Assembly (NCBI RefSeq): GCF_035084215.1
Contig: NC_090335.1
Coordinates: 13,020,001-13,084,000 of the forward strand
Source of the DNA: Heptranchias perlo
Lineage: Eukaryota
Reading direction: 5' to 3'
DNA length: 64,000 nt
Part shown: piece by piece, positions 49,565-62,264 of the stretch
How the letters are laid out: the number at the start of each line of letters is the position of its first letter
Numbering within the stretch: position 1 is the stretch's first letter
Position numbers and translations under genes: made by a program
Notes under the pieces: generated by a model
The model's input: only the letters and a program-made list of their open reading frames with translations
What the model was told of the DNA's origin: nothing
The model's database searches: none

Positions 49565-49945
49565 TCAGCCTTGTGGTAGTACATTTGCCTCTGAGTGAGT
49601 AGATGATGGATTCAAGCCCCACTCCAGAATACACAATCTAGGTTGACCACCATAGTGCTTTCGGGTGAGACGTTAAACTGAGGCCCTATCTGCCCTCTCA
49701 GGTGGACATAAAAGATCCCATGAAGAGTAGGGAAGTTTCTTCCAATGTCCTGCCCAAGATTTATTCCTCAACCATCATCACTATTTGGTCCATTATTTCA
49801 TTGCTGTTTGTGGGATCTTGCTGTGCGCAAATTGGCTGCCACATTTCTGTACATTAGAACAGTGACTACGCTTTAATCATTGCATGTGAAGTGCTTTGGG
49901 ATGTCCCGAAGTCGTGAAAGGCACCATTTAAAAGCAAATTCTTTT
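49565..49945 (+). mobile_element. Deu-SINE followed by a CT-rich microsatellite
   Basis: Aligns with 6198-6641. Confidence 0.7.
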
Positions 49946-50779
49946 CTTTCTTTCTTTCTTTCTCTCTCTCTTTCTTTCTTTCCTTCCATTCCTTCTTTCC
50001 TCCCACCCTCCCTCCCTTTCTCACTCTGTCGCTCATCTGACTTCAGTTATTTAGGTTTTCAAGGCAGAATATTGCTGATATTTCTTCTAGGCTAAAACTC
50101 CTCACCTAGTTCCAGCAAGTAAAATCAATGCACTGTCGTCGCCTTCAAAGTGACTTGTGTTGCCAGTTACCTGTGTCACGCTCCTAGGGACTGCTCCTCA
50201 ATGACAGGCTTTTGATAGCTTTGATACGGACTGTTTATTGGATGATAAATCAATGACAAATGCATTGCCAAATGTAGACTTGATGCCTAAGTTAGGCCTC
50301 TGGTTTTTTCCAGTATTGAGCACAGTCTGTCAAAAAGCAGCAGAACATCGGCCAGGTTTTACTCAACTTATTAGAGAGGAAGTAAGGTTATGGTGGAGGA
50401 CATTTTATTCAAAGCACTCCCCATTTCAAATTCAACAAATAAACCTTACGAAAAATTATCTCGCATTTAAAAAAGCAAGTGTCAAATCTTTAGCTGCCGC
50501 ATTGGGTCTCCTCCTTACTGCTAGACTGTTCTACAGAGCAGGGAAATGTCTGGAGCAGCTTCATGAAAGCAATGGGTGTCGTTACTGTGGACTAGTTTGA
50601 GAGCCAATCTGGAACCTATCAGGAAACCATTAATACAGATTTGAATAAATGACTCCTCAATAACTTTCCATAGCAACAGTCAAGTAAGAGAAAAGATCAT
50701 TCAACTATTTAAGCTTATCCCCCTCGTAACTTTTAATTCTCCCATCCTAACTTCCAGATGTGTTTCCGAATGCTCCTAA

Positions 50780-51180
50780 TTTCCTTTAATGCACTGCTTT
50801 ACCCAGCAGATTATTTCAAATATTTTCCCTCTGAGTGAAAAAAGATTCTACAATCTGCTTAGTTTTGCTTTTCATGTTTACACTTCTACCCTCTGGTCCT
50901 TCTAGCCTGACTTAATTTGAAATAATATCCCAGATTTCCCTTGTCTATACTATTTCATGCATTATATAGCTGTACGAAGTCCCACCTTCTTAAATACCGT
51001 CCGTCCAGACTGTAGAGCCCTAGCGTCTGTAATCTTTCATTGTAGTTCACCCCCTCCACATTGGGGCTCGCTCTTGTTGTGCTTGTATGACCTTTTCGTA
51101 GCTCGATAACGAAAATTGAACCCAGCGTTCCAGGTGCGATTCTACCAGTACATTGCAAAGCTTTAGCATAATCTTTTTAA
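50780..51180 (-). mobile_element. Old CR1 3' fragment
   Basis: Degenerate VNYNERLQTLGLYSLDGR peptide. Confidence 0.5.
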
Positions 51181-51369
51181 CCGTATATTCGATTATTCCG
51201 GTTATACCCCTTCTAAAATTGCTGTCGTCACTTCCTCCTTAAAATATGCACCCTTTCCCTCTGACTGCCACCACATTTCTAATATTCCCCCCAGTCATTT
51301 TAAGACTCTTCAACATGACCACCACCACTTCTCCCAACATTCCCATTCAAAGCTCTTCAGTCTGAAGAA

Positions 51370-51825
51370 GAAGAACTTGCATTTCTATAGCACCTTTCAG
51401 GACCTCAGGACGTCTCAAAGCGCTTTATAGCCAATGAAGTACTTTTTTTTTAAGTGTAGTCACTGTTGAAATGTAGGAAACTTGGCAGCCAATTTGCACA
51501 CAGCAAGGTCCCACAAACAGCAACATGATAGTGACCAGATAATCTGTTTTAGTAATGTTGATTGAGGGACGAATTCTGGGCAGAACACCGGGGAGAACTA
51601 ACCTGCTCTTCTTCAAAATAGTGCTGTGGGATCTTTTATGTCCACCTGAGAGGGCAGATGGGGTTTATGTTTAATATCTCATCCGAAAGATGGCACCTCC
51701 AACAGTGCAGCACTCCCTCAGTACTGCACTGAAGTGTCAGCCTGGATTATATGCTCAAGTCTCTGGAGTGGGACTTGAACCCATTACCTTCTGACTCAGA
51801 TGCAAGCGCTACCACTGAGCCACAG
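51370..51825 (-). mobile_element. Deu-SINE, full length
   Basis: Reverse complement has A-box TGGCTCAGTGG, B-box GGTTCAAGTCCC, the Deu core and the tail. Confidence 0.75.
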
Positions 51826-52063
51826 CGGATAGCTTCTTCCAGCCTTCCCGCAACACCAACGCTGCCATGGTCAAGGTCCCCAGTGATAGCCTGTGTGATT
51901 GGGACCATGGTATGTTATCCCTTTCTTGACCTCTCTGTGGCTTTCAGTGTGGTTGACCGCTCAATCTAATATATTGGCATTTCCACATTGTATAATGGAG
52001 AAGATTAGGTTCACTTGCTGACACTGCCACCACACAGCTATGAGGCTGCCCAGCCTAGAAAGC

Positions 52064-54195
52064 TCATAGGAACATAGGAACAGGAGTAGGCCATTCAGCC
52101 CCTCGTACCTGCTCCGCCATTCAATAAGATCATGGCTGATCTGTGATCTAACTCCATATACCTGCCTTTGGCCCATATCCCTTAATACCTTCGGTTGCCA
52201 AAAAGCTATCTATCTCACATTTAAATTTAGCAATTGAGCTAGTATCAATTGCCATTTGCGGAAGAGAGTTCCAAACTTCTACCACCCTTTGTGTGTAGAA
52301 ATGTTTTCTAATCTCCCTCCTGAAAGGTCTGGCTCTAATTTTTAGACTGTGCCCCCTACTCCTAAAATCCCCAACCAGCGGAAATAGTTTCTCTCTATCC
52401 ACCCTATCTGTTCCTCTTAATGTCTTAAAAACTTCGATCAGATCACCCCTTAACCTTCTAAAATCTAGAGAATACAACCCCAATTTGTGTAATCTCTCCT
52501 CGTAACTTAACCCTTGAAGTCCGGGTATCATTCTAGTACACCTACGCTGCACTCCCTCCAAGGCCAATATGTCCTTCCGAAGGTGGGGTGCCCAGAACTG
52601 CTCACAGTACCCCAGGTGCAGTCTAACCAGGGTTTTGTATAGCTGCAGCATAACTTCTGCCCCCTTGTACTCTGGTCCTCCAGATATAAAGGCCAGCATT
52701 CCATTAGCCTTATTGATTATTTTCTGCACCTGTTCATGACACTTCAATGATCTATGTACCTGAACCCCTGGGTCCCTTTGGACATCCACTGTTTTTAACT
52801 TTTTACCATTTAGAAAGTACCCTGTTCTATCCTTTTTTGATCCAAAGTGGATGACCTCACATTTGTCTGCATTGAATTCCATTTGCCACAGTTTTGCCCA
52901 TTCACCTAATCCATCAATAGCACTTTGTAATTTTATGTTTTCATCTCCACTGCTTACAATGCCACCAATCTTTGTGTCATCGGCAAACTTAGATATGAGA
53001 CTTTCTATGCCTTCATCTAAGTCGTTAATAAATATTGTGAATAATTGAGGCCCCAAGACAGATCCCTGCGGGACTCCACTAGTCACATCCTGCCAATGTG
53101 AGTACTTACCCATTATCCCTACTCTCTGTCGCCTTTCGCTCAGCCAGTTTCCTAACCAAGTCCGTACTTTTCCCTTGATTCCATGGCCTTCTATCTTAGC
53201 TAACAGTCTCTTATGTGGTACCTTATCAAATGCCTTCTGGAAGTCCATATAAATAACATCCATTGACATTCCCCTGTCCACTACTTTAGTCACCTCTTCA
53301 AAAAATTCAATCAGGTTTGTCAGGCACGACCTACCTTTCACAAATCCATGCTGGCTCTCTCTGATTAACTGAAAATTCTCGAGGTGTTCAGTCACCCTAT
53401 CTTTAATTATAGACTCCAGCATTTTCCCCACAACAGATGTTAGGCTAACTGGTCTATAATTCCCCGGTTTCCCTCTCTCTCTCCTTTCTTAAAAAGCGGA
53501 GTGACATGTGCAATTTTCCAATCCAGAGGGACAGTTCCTGAATCTAGAGAACTTTGAAAGATTATAGTTAGGGCATCCGCAATGTGCTCACCTACTTCCT
53601 TTAAAACCCTGGGATGGAAACCATCTGGTCCTGGGGATTTGTCACTCTAGTGCTATTATTTTCTTCATTACTGTTGCTTTACTTATGTTAATTTTATTGA
53701 GTCCCTGTCCCCGATTCAATATTAGTTTCCTTGGGATTTCCGGCATGCTACCCTCTTTTTCTACTGTAAATACTGACGCAAAGTAATCGATCAGCATGTC
53801 CGCCATTTCCCCATTGTCAATGACAATATCCCCACTTTCAGTTTTTAAGGGGCCAACATTGCTCCTGACCATCCTCTTTTTCCTAATATAACTATAAAAG
53901 TTCTTCGTATTGGTTTTGATATCCCTTGCGAGTTTCTTTTCATACTCTCTTTTTGTAGCTCTTACTATCTGTTTTGTGACCCATTGTTGATCTTTGTATC
54001 TTTCCCATTTGCCAGGATCTGTGCCATTTTTTGCCCTTTTTGTATGCCTTTTCCTTATGTCTTATACTGTCCCTTACCTCTTTAGTTGTCCATGGCTGTT
54101 TTTTATAGCAAGTAGAGTTCTTGCCCCTCAGGGGTATAAACCGATTCTGTATCTCGTTAAATGTTTCTACAAGCATTTCCCACTGATCATCACTG
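52064..54195 (-). mobile_element. CR1 LINE, 5'-truncated, relatively young
   Basis: Contains the uninterrupted RT ORF below; upstream linker is frameshifted; 3' UTR present. Confidence 0.9.
52148..53431 (-). CDS. CR1 ORF2 reverse transcriptase domain (427-aa open fragment, no endonuclease)
   Basis: [46 protein letters not shown] motifs. Confidence 0.85.
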   Translation of the reverse strand: MGKMLESIIKDRVTEHLENFQLIRESQHGFVKGRSCLTNLIEFFEEVTKVVDRGMSMDVIYMDFQKAFDKVPHKRLLAKIEGHGIKGKVRTWLGNWLSERRQRVGIMGKYSHWQDVTSGVPQGSVLGPQLFTIFINDLDEGIESLISKFADDTKIGGIVSSGDENIKLQSAIDGLGEWAKLWQMEFNADKCEVIHFGSKKDRTGYFLNGKKLKTVDVQRDPGVQVHRSLKCHEQVQKIINKANGMLAFISGGPEYKGAEVMLQLYKTLVRLHLGYCEQFWAPHLRKDILALEGVQRRCTRMIPGLQGLSYEERLHKLGLYSLDFRRLRGDLIEVFKTLRGTDRVDREKLFPLVGDFRSRGHSLKIRARPFRREIRKHFYTQRVVEVWNSLPQMAIDTSSIAKFKCEIDSFLATEGIKGYGPKAGIWS

Positions 54196-57100
54196 ATCTC
54201 CGATGGCTTCCATTCCCCACTTTGAACTTTAAATGAAATGAGAGTTTGAGTGGAGGGTGTGGGGGGGTGGGGGGTACGCCGAGCTCCACATTGCATCCTG
54301 AGAGAAATGTCCATGTACCGATCATAAGTGAATTCATATATTTAAAAAAAAGTCAATTAAACTCATAACATCAAAGCTGCTTCTTCTCTCTTCTCCAGCC
54401 CCACTCCAAAAACTGGTCAGGGCACGATGAAAGGAAATGGGGACATCTGGTGCAATTAAACCAAGGCAGCGAAAAGGTGGCACAGTATTATCTGCAGGGG
54501 TGGGCTCTATCTCCTTAGACAGACTCTTTCAAAAGTAAATATGGGGTACTCTGTACATGTCTAAGTAAGAGTGCACGTAGAAATCTCTTCTGTTTTTACA
54601 GATTGCTGTCAACTGAACAGAAAATAACTAATAGTACCTCACTCCACATTCCTTGTTTGGCTGTGTAACCAGATCTGAAGGTCACAGAAACTTAGTTATA
54701 TTTTCAAGGAGTAATGCACCTGCCTACAGACATCCTAACTCCCTGCGCTCACCTCACTCCTTGAAAAAAACACCATCTGTTTTCTGACTCCCTGGCTGGT
54801 TGATATGGGGAGTGAGTGAGGAGTCTAATTTAACTCACCAGGTTTCAATGAAAGTAAATATGTATATCCCAAGTGCGGGAATTGTTTAATGTTCTGAGCA
54901 ATACTTCATTACCAGTAGTCTGCTTGCCTATGACAGGGAGGGAACCATCTGACTAGAGAGATTAAAGCTGCTCGTGACACCAAGCAAGTCAGGATATAGG
55001 TCCCCAAGCATTAGACTGAGCTGCTTTGTGCTGATATACACCACCGTAACAGAATAAAAATACAGATTCTTACCAGTGCAGTGGATTGATAGTGGTTTGG
55101 ACTTCTAATCTATTTCTGCATTCAAACGATCCAGAACGTTTGTGTCGATCATAAGGGGGTTTTACGCTTGGGCTAGCCTTACCCGCTGTTCAGGGGGCTG
55201 AAATCAGTAATTACTGCACTAAAGAATCAAGCTACAAACAGGCTGTAGAACCAGATTTGTGAATATTAACTTTTTTTTAAATACAAGAGAAGCGAATGAG
55301 CACTCTTTGAGTATTAGAAAAGTTCCAGGCAACTGCTTTCTGATTGTGTTATTTCTCCCTCTCTCTCTTCGCTCCCCCCTCCCTGTTTGAAGGTGCTCCA
55401 TTTCTGATAGGTCTTCTGCATTTTTAACACAAATATATAGAGATAAACACCAGAACTGGCAGAGGTGTATTTGAATATAGCATGGAGAAGATCCAAATTC
55501 AGAAGGAAGAAAATTGAAATATCTGACAAAAATGTAGTCTAAAAATATTCAGAGGCCATACAAAGATATTGCTCACTTTCCTCAGTATCTGAAATCAAGC
55601 TGAGTCAGTATAAGTTGGCATGTTTGTATTGATCACAGGTGTTGAGTAAAGATGATGGTCAGTTTAAAGAGGAGTAACTGAGCGCTGAGATATGAGCTGT
55701 CAGTGGGACACCGTCCAGGGTGGTACATGAGGCAGCATTTGTTGAGGTACGGGTGGATTGTGGAAAAAAGATGCTTCCAAGTTAGAGCAAAAAGGCTCTT
55801 TCTTTGATTAATGTTTACAGTGTGGTGAAGAAATACATGGCTCAAATAATTTATCTAATGAGTAGCAGAGATATAAAGACCAAGGAGGTGCCAGATTCAA
55901 GCCGCAGTGCGTTAGTGATCTCAGCTGGGTGGTGTTTGGGGCAGTACAATTGACCTCAGGGGTGTTAGAGAGGGGACATTCCCCCTCCTGATTGCCGTGC
56001 AGTTACCCCATGCTAGAAAAGCATGTGTGTGGACGACAGGTGAAAATGAGATCCGTTTCAGGTGTGATACCACCTGTGGTGAATAGCCCACCAATACTTG
56101 TGGTCAGAGTTCACCCATGCATAATGGTGCCATACCCCAGCAAGAAGCCAGCAGGGGAGGGGAGAAACTTGGTGATGAAAAGAAAAAGTGAATCACCACT
56201 GTCAAGCAATACATAGATGAGTGGCTCAGCAACTTGAAATGGCTGAATTTGGTGGTGATGGGCTTGCTGTGTGTTTCCACCACTTGCTGCTTTACTTTTC
56301 TGTTTTTAAAATGATTAGTTAGCTGACAGAAGTGAGTTGCAGGAGGAAAGAAATTGAACTTTGCAAGAACTGGTGGGAAAATGCACCACATCCTTCGAAA
56401 GGCCAAAATCAACAATCTGTGAAGAACTAGAAGATGTAAACTCTTTTTGAAGAGAGTAAGAAATGGAAGCAGTTTTACAGGCTCCTGTGGCGACAGTGCA
56501 CTTCAAAGTTCAGGCTGATGCTTAGAATCTTTTTTTTTAAGTTTAACTGAGTACTTCACATAAACCGACCATTTTCATTGACTTCATCTGTTGTATGTTG
56601 ACAGAGACGTAGAGTTTACTCATACACAAGGGAGGAATGTAGGAAATGCCCAATTTGAGGGGCCGATGTGGTGCAGCAATTGGTGCATGTACTGCATTTA
56701 AAAAAAAGTGCAAGTTGGCAAATGTCACTTGTGTGAGAGATGGGCAGAACTGGAGTCTGCATGATGGGTTAGTAGAGATGTTAATGATTTCCCTGCGGTT
56801 TTATTTGGTTATTTTATTTAGCAACTTGAATAGACATGCAGAAGTGACGTAAGAACTGTAGACTATCTATGTAATGTAATGAATATGACTTTATACACGC
56901 AGTACTCTCCTTGAATGAGTTACTAATTCTGCCGAGGTTGTTGGGAAAGTGCTTCCTTATAAAGAACGAGGCAATACAGGCCTCTCAGCCATACCTGGCA
57001 TCTAGTTCCTTGCGATTATTGGAGGCAGGTAATGCGCCAGCTCTTGGAGAGAGTGGAGTTGGCAGAAAATGGCAGAACAACAATGTAGAAACCTGCCCCA

Positions 57101-58992
57101 ATGAGCATAATGGTTAGATGGAGATTAAGCACTGTGACCAGAGGTACAGCTTGTCATTCATCTCTCAGGTGTGGAGTGCAGGTGCTCCCGGGGCTACAGC
57201 CTGCTCAAGTTTTCACTGATTCATTTAACAGGAGCGTCATTCCATCCCTCTGCAGTTCTCCAGTAGATGAATGAAATGCTTGGACTACCAATTTAACAGA
57301 GTTCTGCAATGTGCAGCTTCCCGTGAACTATCAGGACCTCCTGGTACTATGTGCCACAGCTGCTCTGATCCACCTGCAGACTATGCTAAGTGTATATCTG
57401 TTTAAAAATATCAAACATGGGAATACTTGTGTGTACGCATGCACCTAAAAACCTTCTGGTTTGGCACTGCCTTGTCGAGCACTTAATGGTATAACTGGAA
57501 CACTTTGACCCCATGTGCTCTTGTGGATTCAGTATGCTGGTTCCAATAACGCACCGAGTCAGTATACCATGGCATTAGAGGAGATCTCCATCCATCCTGC
57601 CTGGATTCAGACTCAGTACCCCAAAGATGAAGTGCCATATTCTCACCCATGATTTGACCCAAACCTCTGAAAAGTGCCCCCCACTGCAGCTGCAGCCCTC
57701 GAAGCCCAGGAACTCACTCCTAGCTGCGCTTATAATTCTTATTGGCTTGTTTTTCCTATTTGAGTTTTGTGTGTCGAAGGTTTGGAAAGGACTGTTCTCA
57801 TTGGTGGATAAATCCTAAATCAGAACCCCAAGATCTGTAACTTGAGATATCTGCAAATTAATGGGAACGTGGAATTAAACATTATATGTGACCTCCATGG
57901 CTCCATAGTAGACACCTATACAGCCCACAAAATTAATAAGCCTGGACACCCCTGTCCTACTACGCTAATATGGACTTTCCCATTTCTTACAGCAGCTATC
58001 TAGATGGCATCTCTGAATGAGATTACCAATTTGTGGGCACTTTAATGCTGTGGATTTCTGCCCACTAGTACCTGGGTTGCTAGTACCTGGGCTGATGCTG
58101 CTGAAACATATTACACCTGCCAACCTTACTGTTGGTGGATGGAGACTTTGACCTCCTCAGTCCCAGCTCCCCGAGGTTAAAGGGCAGTGTACTAACCCAC
58201 CCATTCCCTCAAAGTAGTACATTTTGTACAGATTTCAAATGGTTGAAAATGTGAGCAGCACATTCCATACCGTCAGCACAATAGTTTATATATTGCACTC
58301 GTGTAGCTGTATAATTCTACAAAACTTATGGGAATATCTTGGTACTTTTTCTTATCTCTGTGGTTATGTACTTAGCATAAGTTTGTTTGCTTCAGGAAAG
58401 CACCAGGGTTAGTTCCAATTGTTTTGGAACTGGCTCTGTTAGTTTGAGGAATTCGGCCTTGTGCAAGTTAGGTGATTCCCAGCACTGATATAAGTAGGGA
58501 ATTGGAAACAGTACTTGCCTGCAGGACTTTGGATGGTGTAAGAAATCCAATTACAGGGATTAAAGTGACCCCGACAATGTGATTACCTAAAGCTTGTGTG
58601 TCAATGTTACAAGTTATGTAGTACTTAGCAGTGTTGTGTATTAATGTCACATATAATATTGATGCCCCAAGACTTGGAAATTTATTTGACCCCTGTTTTG
58701 TGTGACTTAAAGGTGTATCACAGTAAATAGTTATTCTTTCATTGCCAGCCAGTCATTTCTATTCCCAAATTGGGGAAAGGCTGCATGCTGTTGATGACAC
58801 TCTGGTAAACAAACTCACCCTTCTTTGTATCATTCCAATTAATTAATCCCGCTCCATTTCGAACAACCAACTGTTTTTGCACTGCCTAGAACATTAGTGC
58901 TACTTTCTGTTCCCAGGGCTCTGCCTCTCCTCCAGTTGGATCTCTCTCGGTCTTATTGGGGTCTAAATGTAACTGGATGATTTGTAGAGGCC

Positions 58993-59050
58993 GGCAATAA
59001 ATGCCGGCCTCGCCAGCGACGCCCACATCCCATGAACGAATACAAAAAAA
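58993..59050 (+). mobile_element. Family-B LINE 3' tip
   Basis: GGCAATAAATGCCGGCCTCGCCAGCGACGCCCACATCCCATGAACGAAT plus A-run; matches 12807-12862. Confidence 0.7.
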
Positions 59051-59144
59051 GAATAACACTTAAGCATATCCTTTTATGCAAAAGAACAGTTTTGTTACAA
59101 TGGCTAAACATTGATGTATAATGTTTAATTTATCTTAACCCAGA

Positions 59145-59507
59145 AAGAAAGATTTGCATTTATATAGCGACTTTCACGACCCCTGGATGTCTCAAAGCGC
59201 TTCACAATCAATGAAGTACTTTTGAAATGTTGTCACTGCTGTAATGTAGGAAACATGGCAGCCAATTTGTGCACAGCATGGTGCCACACACAGCAATGTG
59301 ATAATGACCAGATAATCTGTTTTAGAGATGTTGGTTGAGGGATAAATATTGGCCAGGACACTGGGAGAACTTCCCTGCTCCTCTTCAAAATGGTCCCATG
59401 AAATCTTTTACGTCCATCTGAGAGGGCAGATGGGTCCTCTGTTTAATGTCTCATCCAAAAGACAGCACCTCAGACAGTGCAGCATTCCCTCAGTTCTGCA
59501 CTGGAGT
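59145..59507 (-). mobile_element. Deu-SINE lacking its head
   Basis: Aligns with 51370-51735. Confidence 0.7.
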
Positions 59508-60274
59508 GGGCACAAGGCAGCTGTCTAATACTTTCAGGTTGCACGTAGAGATGTTCTGTTTCACTGATGCAACTACTAATTACATGGCCCACGGTGGGGC
59601 TTTCAAGCCTCGAATACTTTACAGTGTTTTAATTTATAAGTTTATCCTGGTGCTTGCATTGTATATACAGTAATTGGTGTGCATAAATAGAATCCAGCTG
59701 ATTTCTGCCAGTGTGCCGTTTTAATGCATTTTGGGGGGGGGGGGGCGCAGAAACCTTCTTGAAGAGAATTTCCATCTTTCTGTCTGTGTGATGTAAATGA
59801 CTGTGTCCGATTGCATTTCAGTTTGTACAACAATGGGAAGCTGATATCCACTCTTGATGCCATTCTGGGGGTATGTTGACGTTGGCCAAGGCCCAGATTA
59901 TCCAGAATTCTTTCCTTTTCTGCAGGATGTGGTATCCTTCACAATCTGGGCAGTGCTGTGACTTCCATTCCGTTTCCTGCACCAAGTTCACAGGCAGTTG
60001 GTTAGGCACTGCTCAGAAATCTTTTTTGCTAACTTCCTCCTAATCCCTGTCATTGTAATGCAGGTGCCATGAGCCTCCAATTCTTGGCAACATGAAGTTT
60101 GCGGATTTTTGTTTTGTTCCTTTGCGCTATTTACATGTATAACATGAAAATATATTGTGGAGGACAGTGGTGAGTAAGAGAACAAACACCCTGATTGAGA
60201 AGGTGTTTTATAGATTGATCCCGAGAGCCACTTATACTGTGTGTTTCAGACTCTTTCCGTCCAATTTCCCTCTC

Positions 60275-60598
60275 TTCTCCCCATCCCCCACTCCCCATCC
60301 CCCCTCCCCATCCCCCCCTCCCCCCCTCCCCCATCCCCCTCCCCCCATCCCCCTCCCCCCCATCCCCCCCTCCCCCATCCCCCCTCCCCCTCCCCCCCAT
60401 CCCCCCCTCCCCCATCCCCCCTCCCCCCCATCCCCCCTCCCCCCCATCCCCCTCCCCCCCATCCCCCTCCCCCCCATCCCCCTCCCCCCCCATCCCCCTC
60501 CCCCCCCATCCCCCCCCCCCCATCCCCCTCCCCCCCCCATCCCCCTCCCCCCCCCATCCCCATCCCCCCCCCATCCCCATCCCCCTCCCCCATCCCCT
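60275..60598. repeat. C-rich simple repeat of (C)4-9 runs separated by T or AT
   Basis: Direct inspection; G-run array on the - strand. Confidence 0.9.
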
Positions 60599-60869
60599 TT
60601 CTGAGGCTGGAAACTGATGCTAGTTTCTGGTTCCATGGCGAGGGTATCCTCACTCAATTGGCCATCTTTTGCTCCTGAGCTTCGGACAGTGAGTAGTGGT
60701 GGCCTGGTTAACCGTGGGGGAGGGAGGGAGGGAGGGTGAAGGGCCAGAGCAATTGCTGCTGAACATGGACTTGTGTTCACACTCTCACCTACCAGGATGG
60801 TAGAAGGTGAACTAGATGGACTTTGGTCTTTTTTTCATTAGGCAATTTCTATGAGGGAGTGCCGCATTG

Positions 60870-61135
60870 TTAGAGGTACTGTCCTTTGGATAAGACATGA
60901 AACTGAGGCTCTACTTGCCTGTTCTGTGATGGACACTGAAGATCTCATGGCACTATTTGAAGAATACCAGAGTGGTGTCCTGTCCAATATTCCTCTCTCA
61001 ACCAACACTGGTCATTCACTTGCTTTTGCCTAAATAGTAACAGTCACTGCACCCAAAATCATTTGTTGTGTAAAGTGGTTGAGATATTTTTGTGAGAGAC
61101 GCAGTAAGGTGTTTTGTAAATACAAATCTTTCTTG
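60870..61135 (+). mobile_element. Degraded Deu-SINE fragment
   Basis: Weak match to 6300-6640. Confidence 0.45.
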
Positions 61136-61144
61136 TAAATATTT

Positions 61145-61295
61145 AGGGAATTGGATAAATACTTGGAAGTGGAAAAATTTGCAGGACTATGGGGAAAGAG
61201 CAGGGGAGTGGGACTAACTGGACAGCTCTTTCAAAGAGCCGGCACAGGCATGATGGGCTGAAGGGCCTCCTGTGCTGTATCATTCTATGGTTCTA
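61145..61295 (+). mobile_element. CR1 3' tip
   Basis: Matches 7528-7673. Confidence 0.75.
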
Positions 61296-62264
61296 GGTGG
61301 GAACTAATTGTCCCCCCTCCCCAAACTCTGGCTGGAACTGCTGTATTTTGATTTATTCAGTTGACTCTTTCCTGATTTCCACATTGCATTATTTACTTGG
61401 AGTGTTTGCCAGAGACTTTAGTGGTTGGAAGGTGTCCCATGCAGCCTGCACCAGCTCTGCTCTGATGCGTTGTGCTGCTTCTGAGCTTTTCCCATCAGCA
61501 ACATGTGCTCTAACCTCTTGCTGGTCTGTGTCACCTTTTGTTGACACAATGTCTCTGCGCGCCTGTGCTGAATAACTTTTTATATTATACAGAAATATGT
61601 GCAACAATCTCGTGTTACAACATGTTGCTTCCACTGATGAGCAGCTGGCTCAGACCTGGACACCTCAAGAACCTCGATTTGAAAGGTTTATTTATTTTGT
61701 AGGTTTGTACGAAAAGTTACAAAACCAAAAATAAATTGCAGTGCTGTACTTGAGCGACTGATCATATCCTGTTGTTGATTAGTGAGTATTTGGAGCAGGC
61801 CAGCTGGACTGTGGTGTACTGGTGATCCCCCACTCCCAAAAAAAACAGCTGATTGCTTTAACACGTGTTGTACAGTAAGCGGATGTCACCATGATCATCT
61901 TTGGTTTTTCTAATGCCTTTTCACAGTTGGCCTGAGATACCCTTTCTACTTCATCCAGCATTTTCAACCTCTTTCCATCTTTTTAAATAATCTGTTCATA
62001 ATCTACTAATCCCGTGCTCTGCCTCTTTGTAAATAGTGGTTGGCGTTTATGTACTCATCATTGTCACCTGTAAGTCTTCCCTCCACTTTTTGTTTGGGTC
62101 CCTTCCTTTTTCAATTGGAATGGAGTTTCTCCTCTTGAAACAATAATTTACTGACAGACCTGCGGTATGTACCTATTTTGGCTTTCCTTTTTTTCAGATT
62201 TCCAGCTTTGACAGTTTTTCTTTGTATCTCTTACTGATTTGCACTGTGTAAGAGGATGTGTTAC

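Noticed and set aside
60131-60780. Poly-Pro and poly-Gly ORFs (formin- or extensin-like)
   Set aside because: Simple C-rich repeat open in all frames; no splice or domain context.
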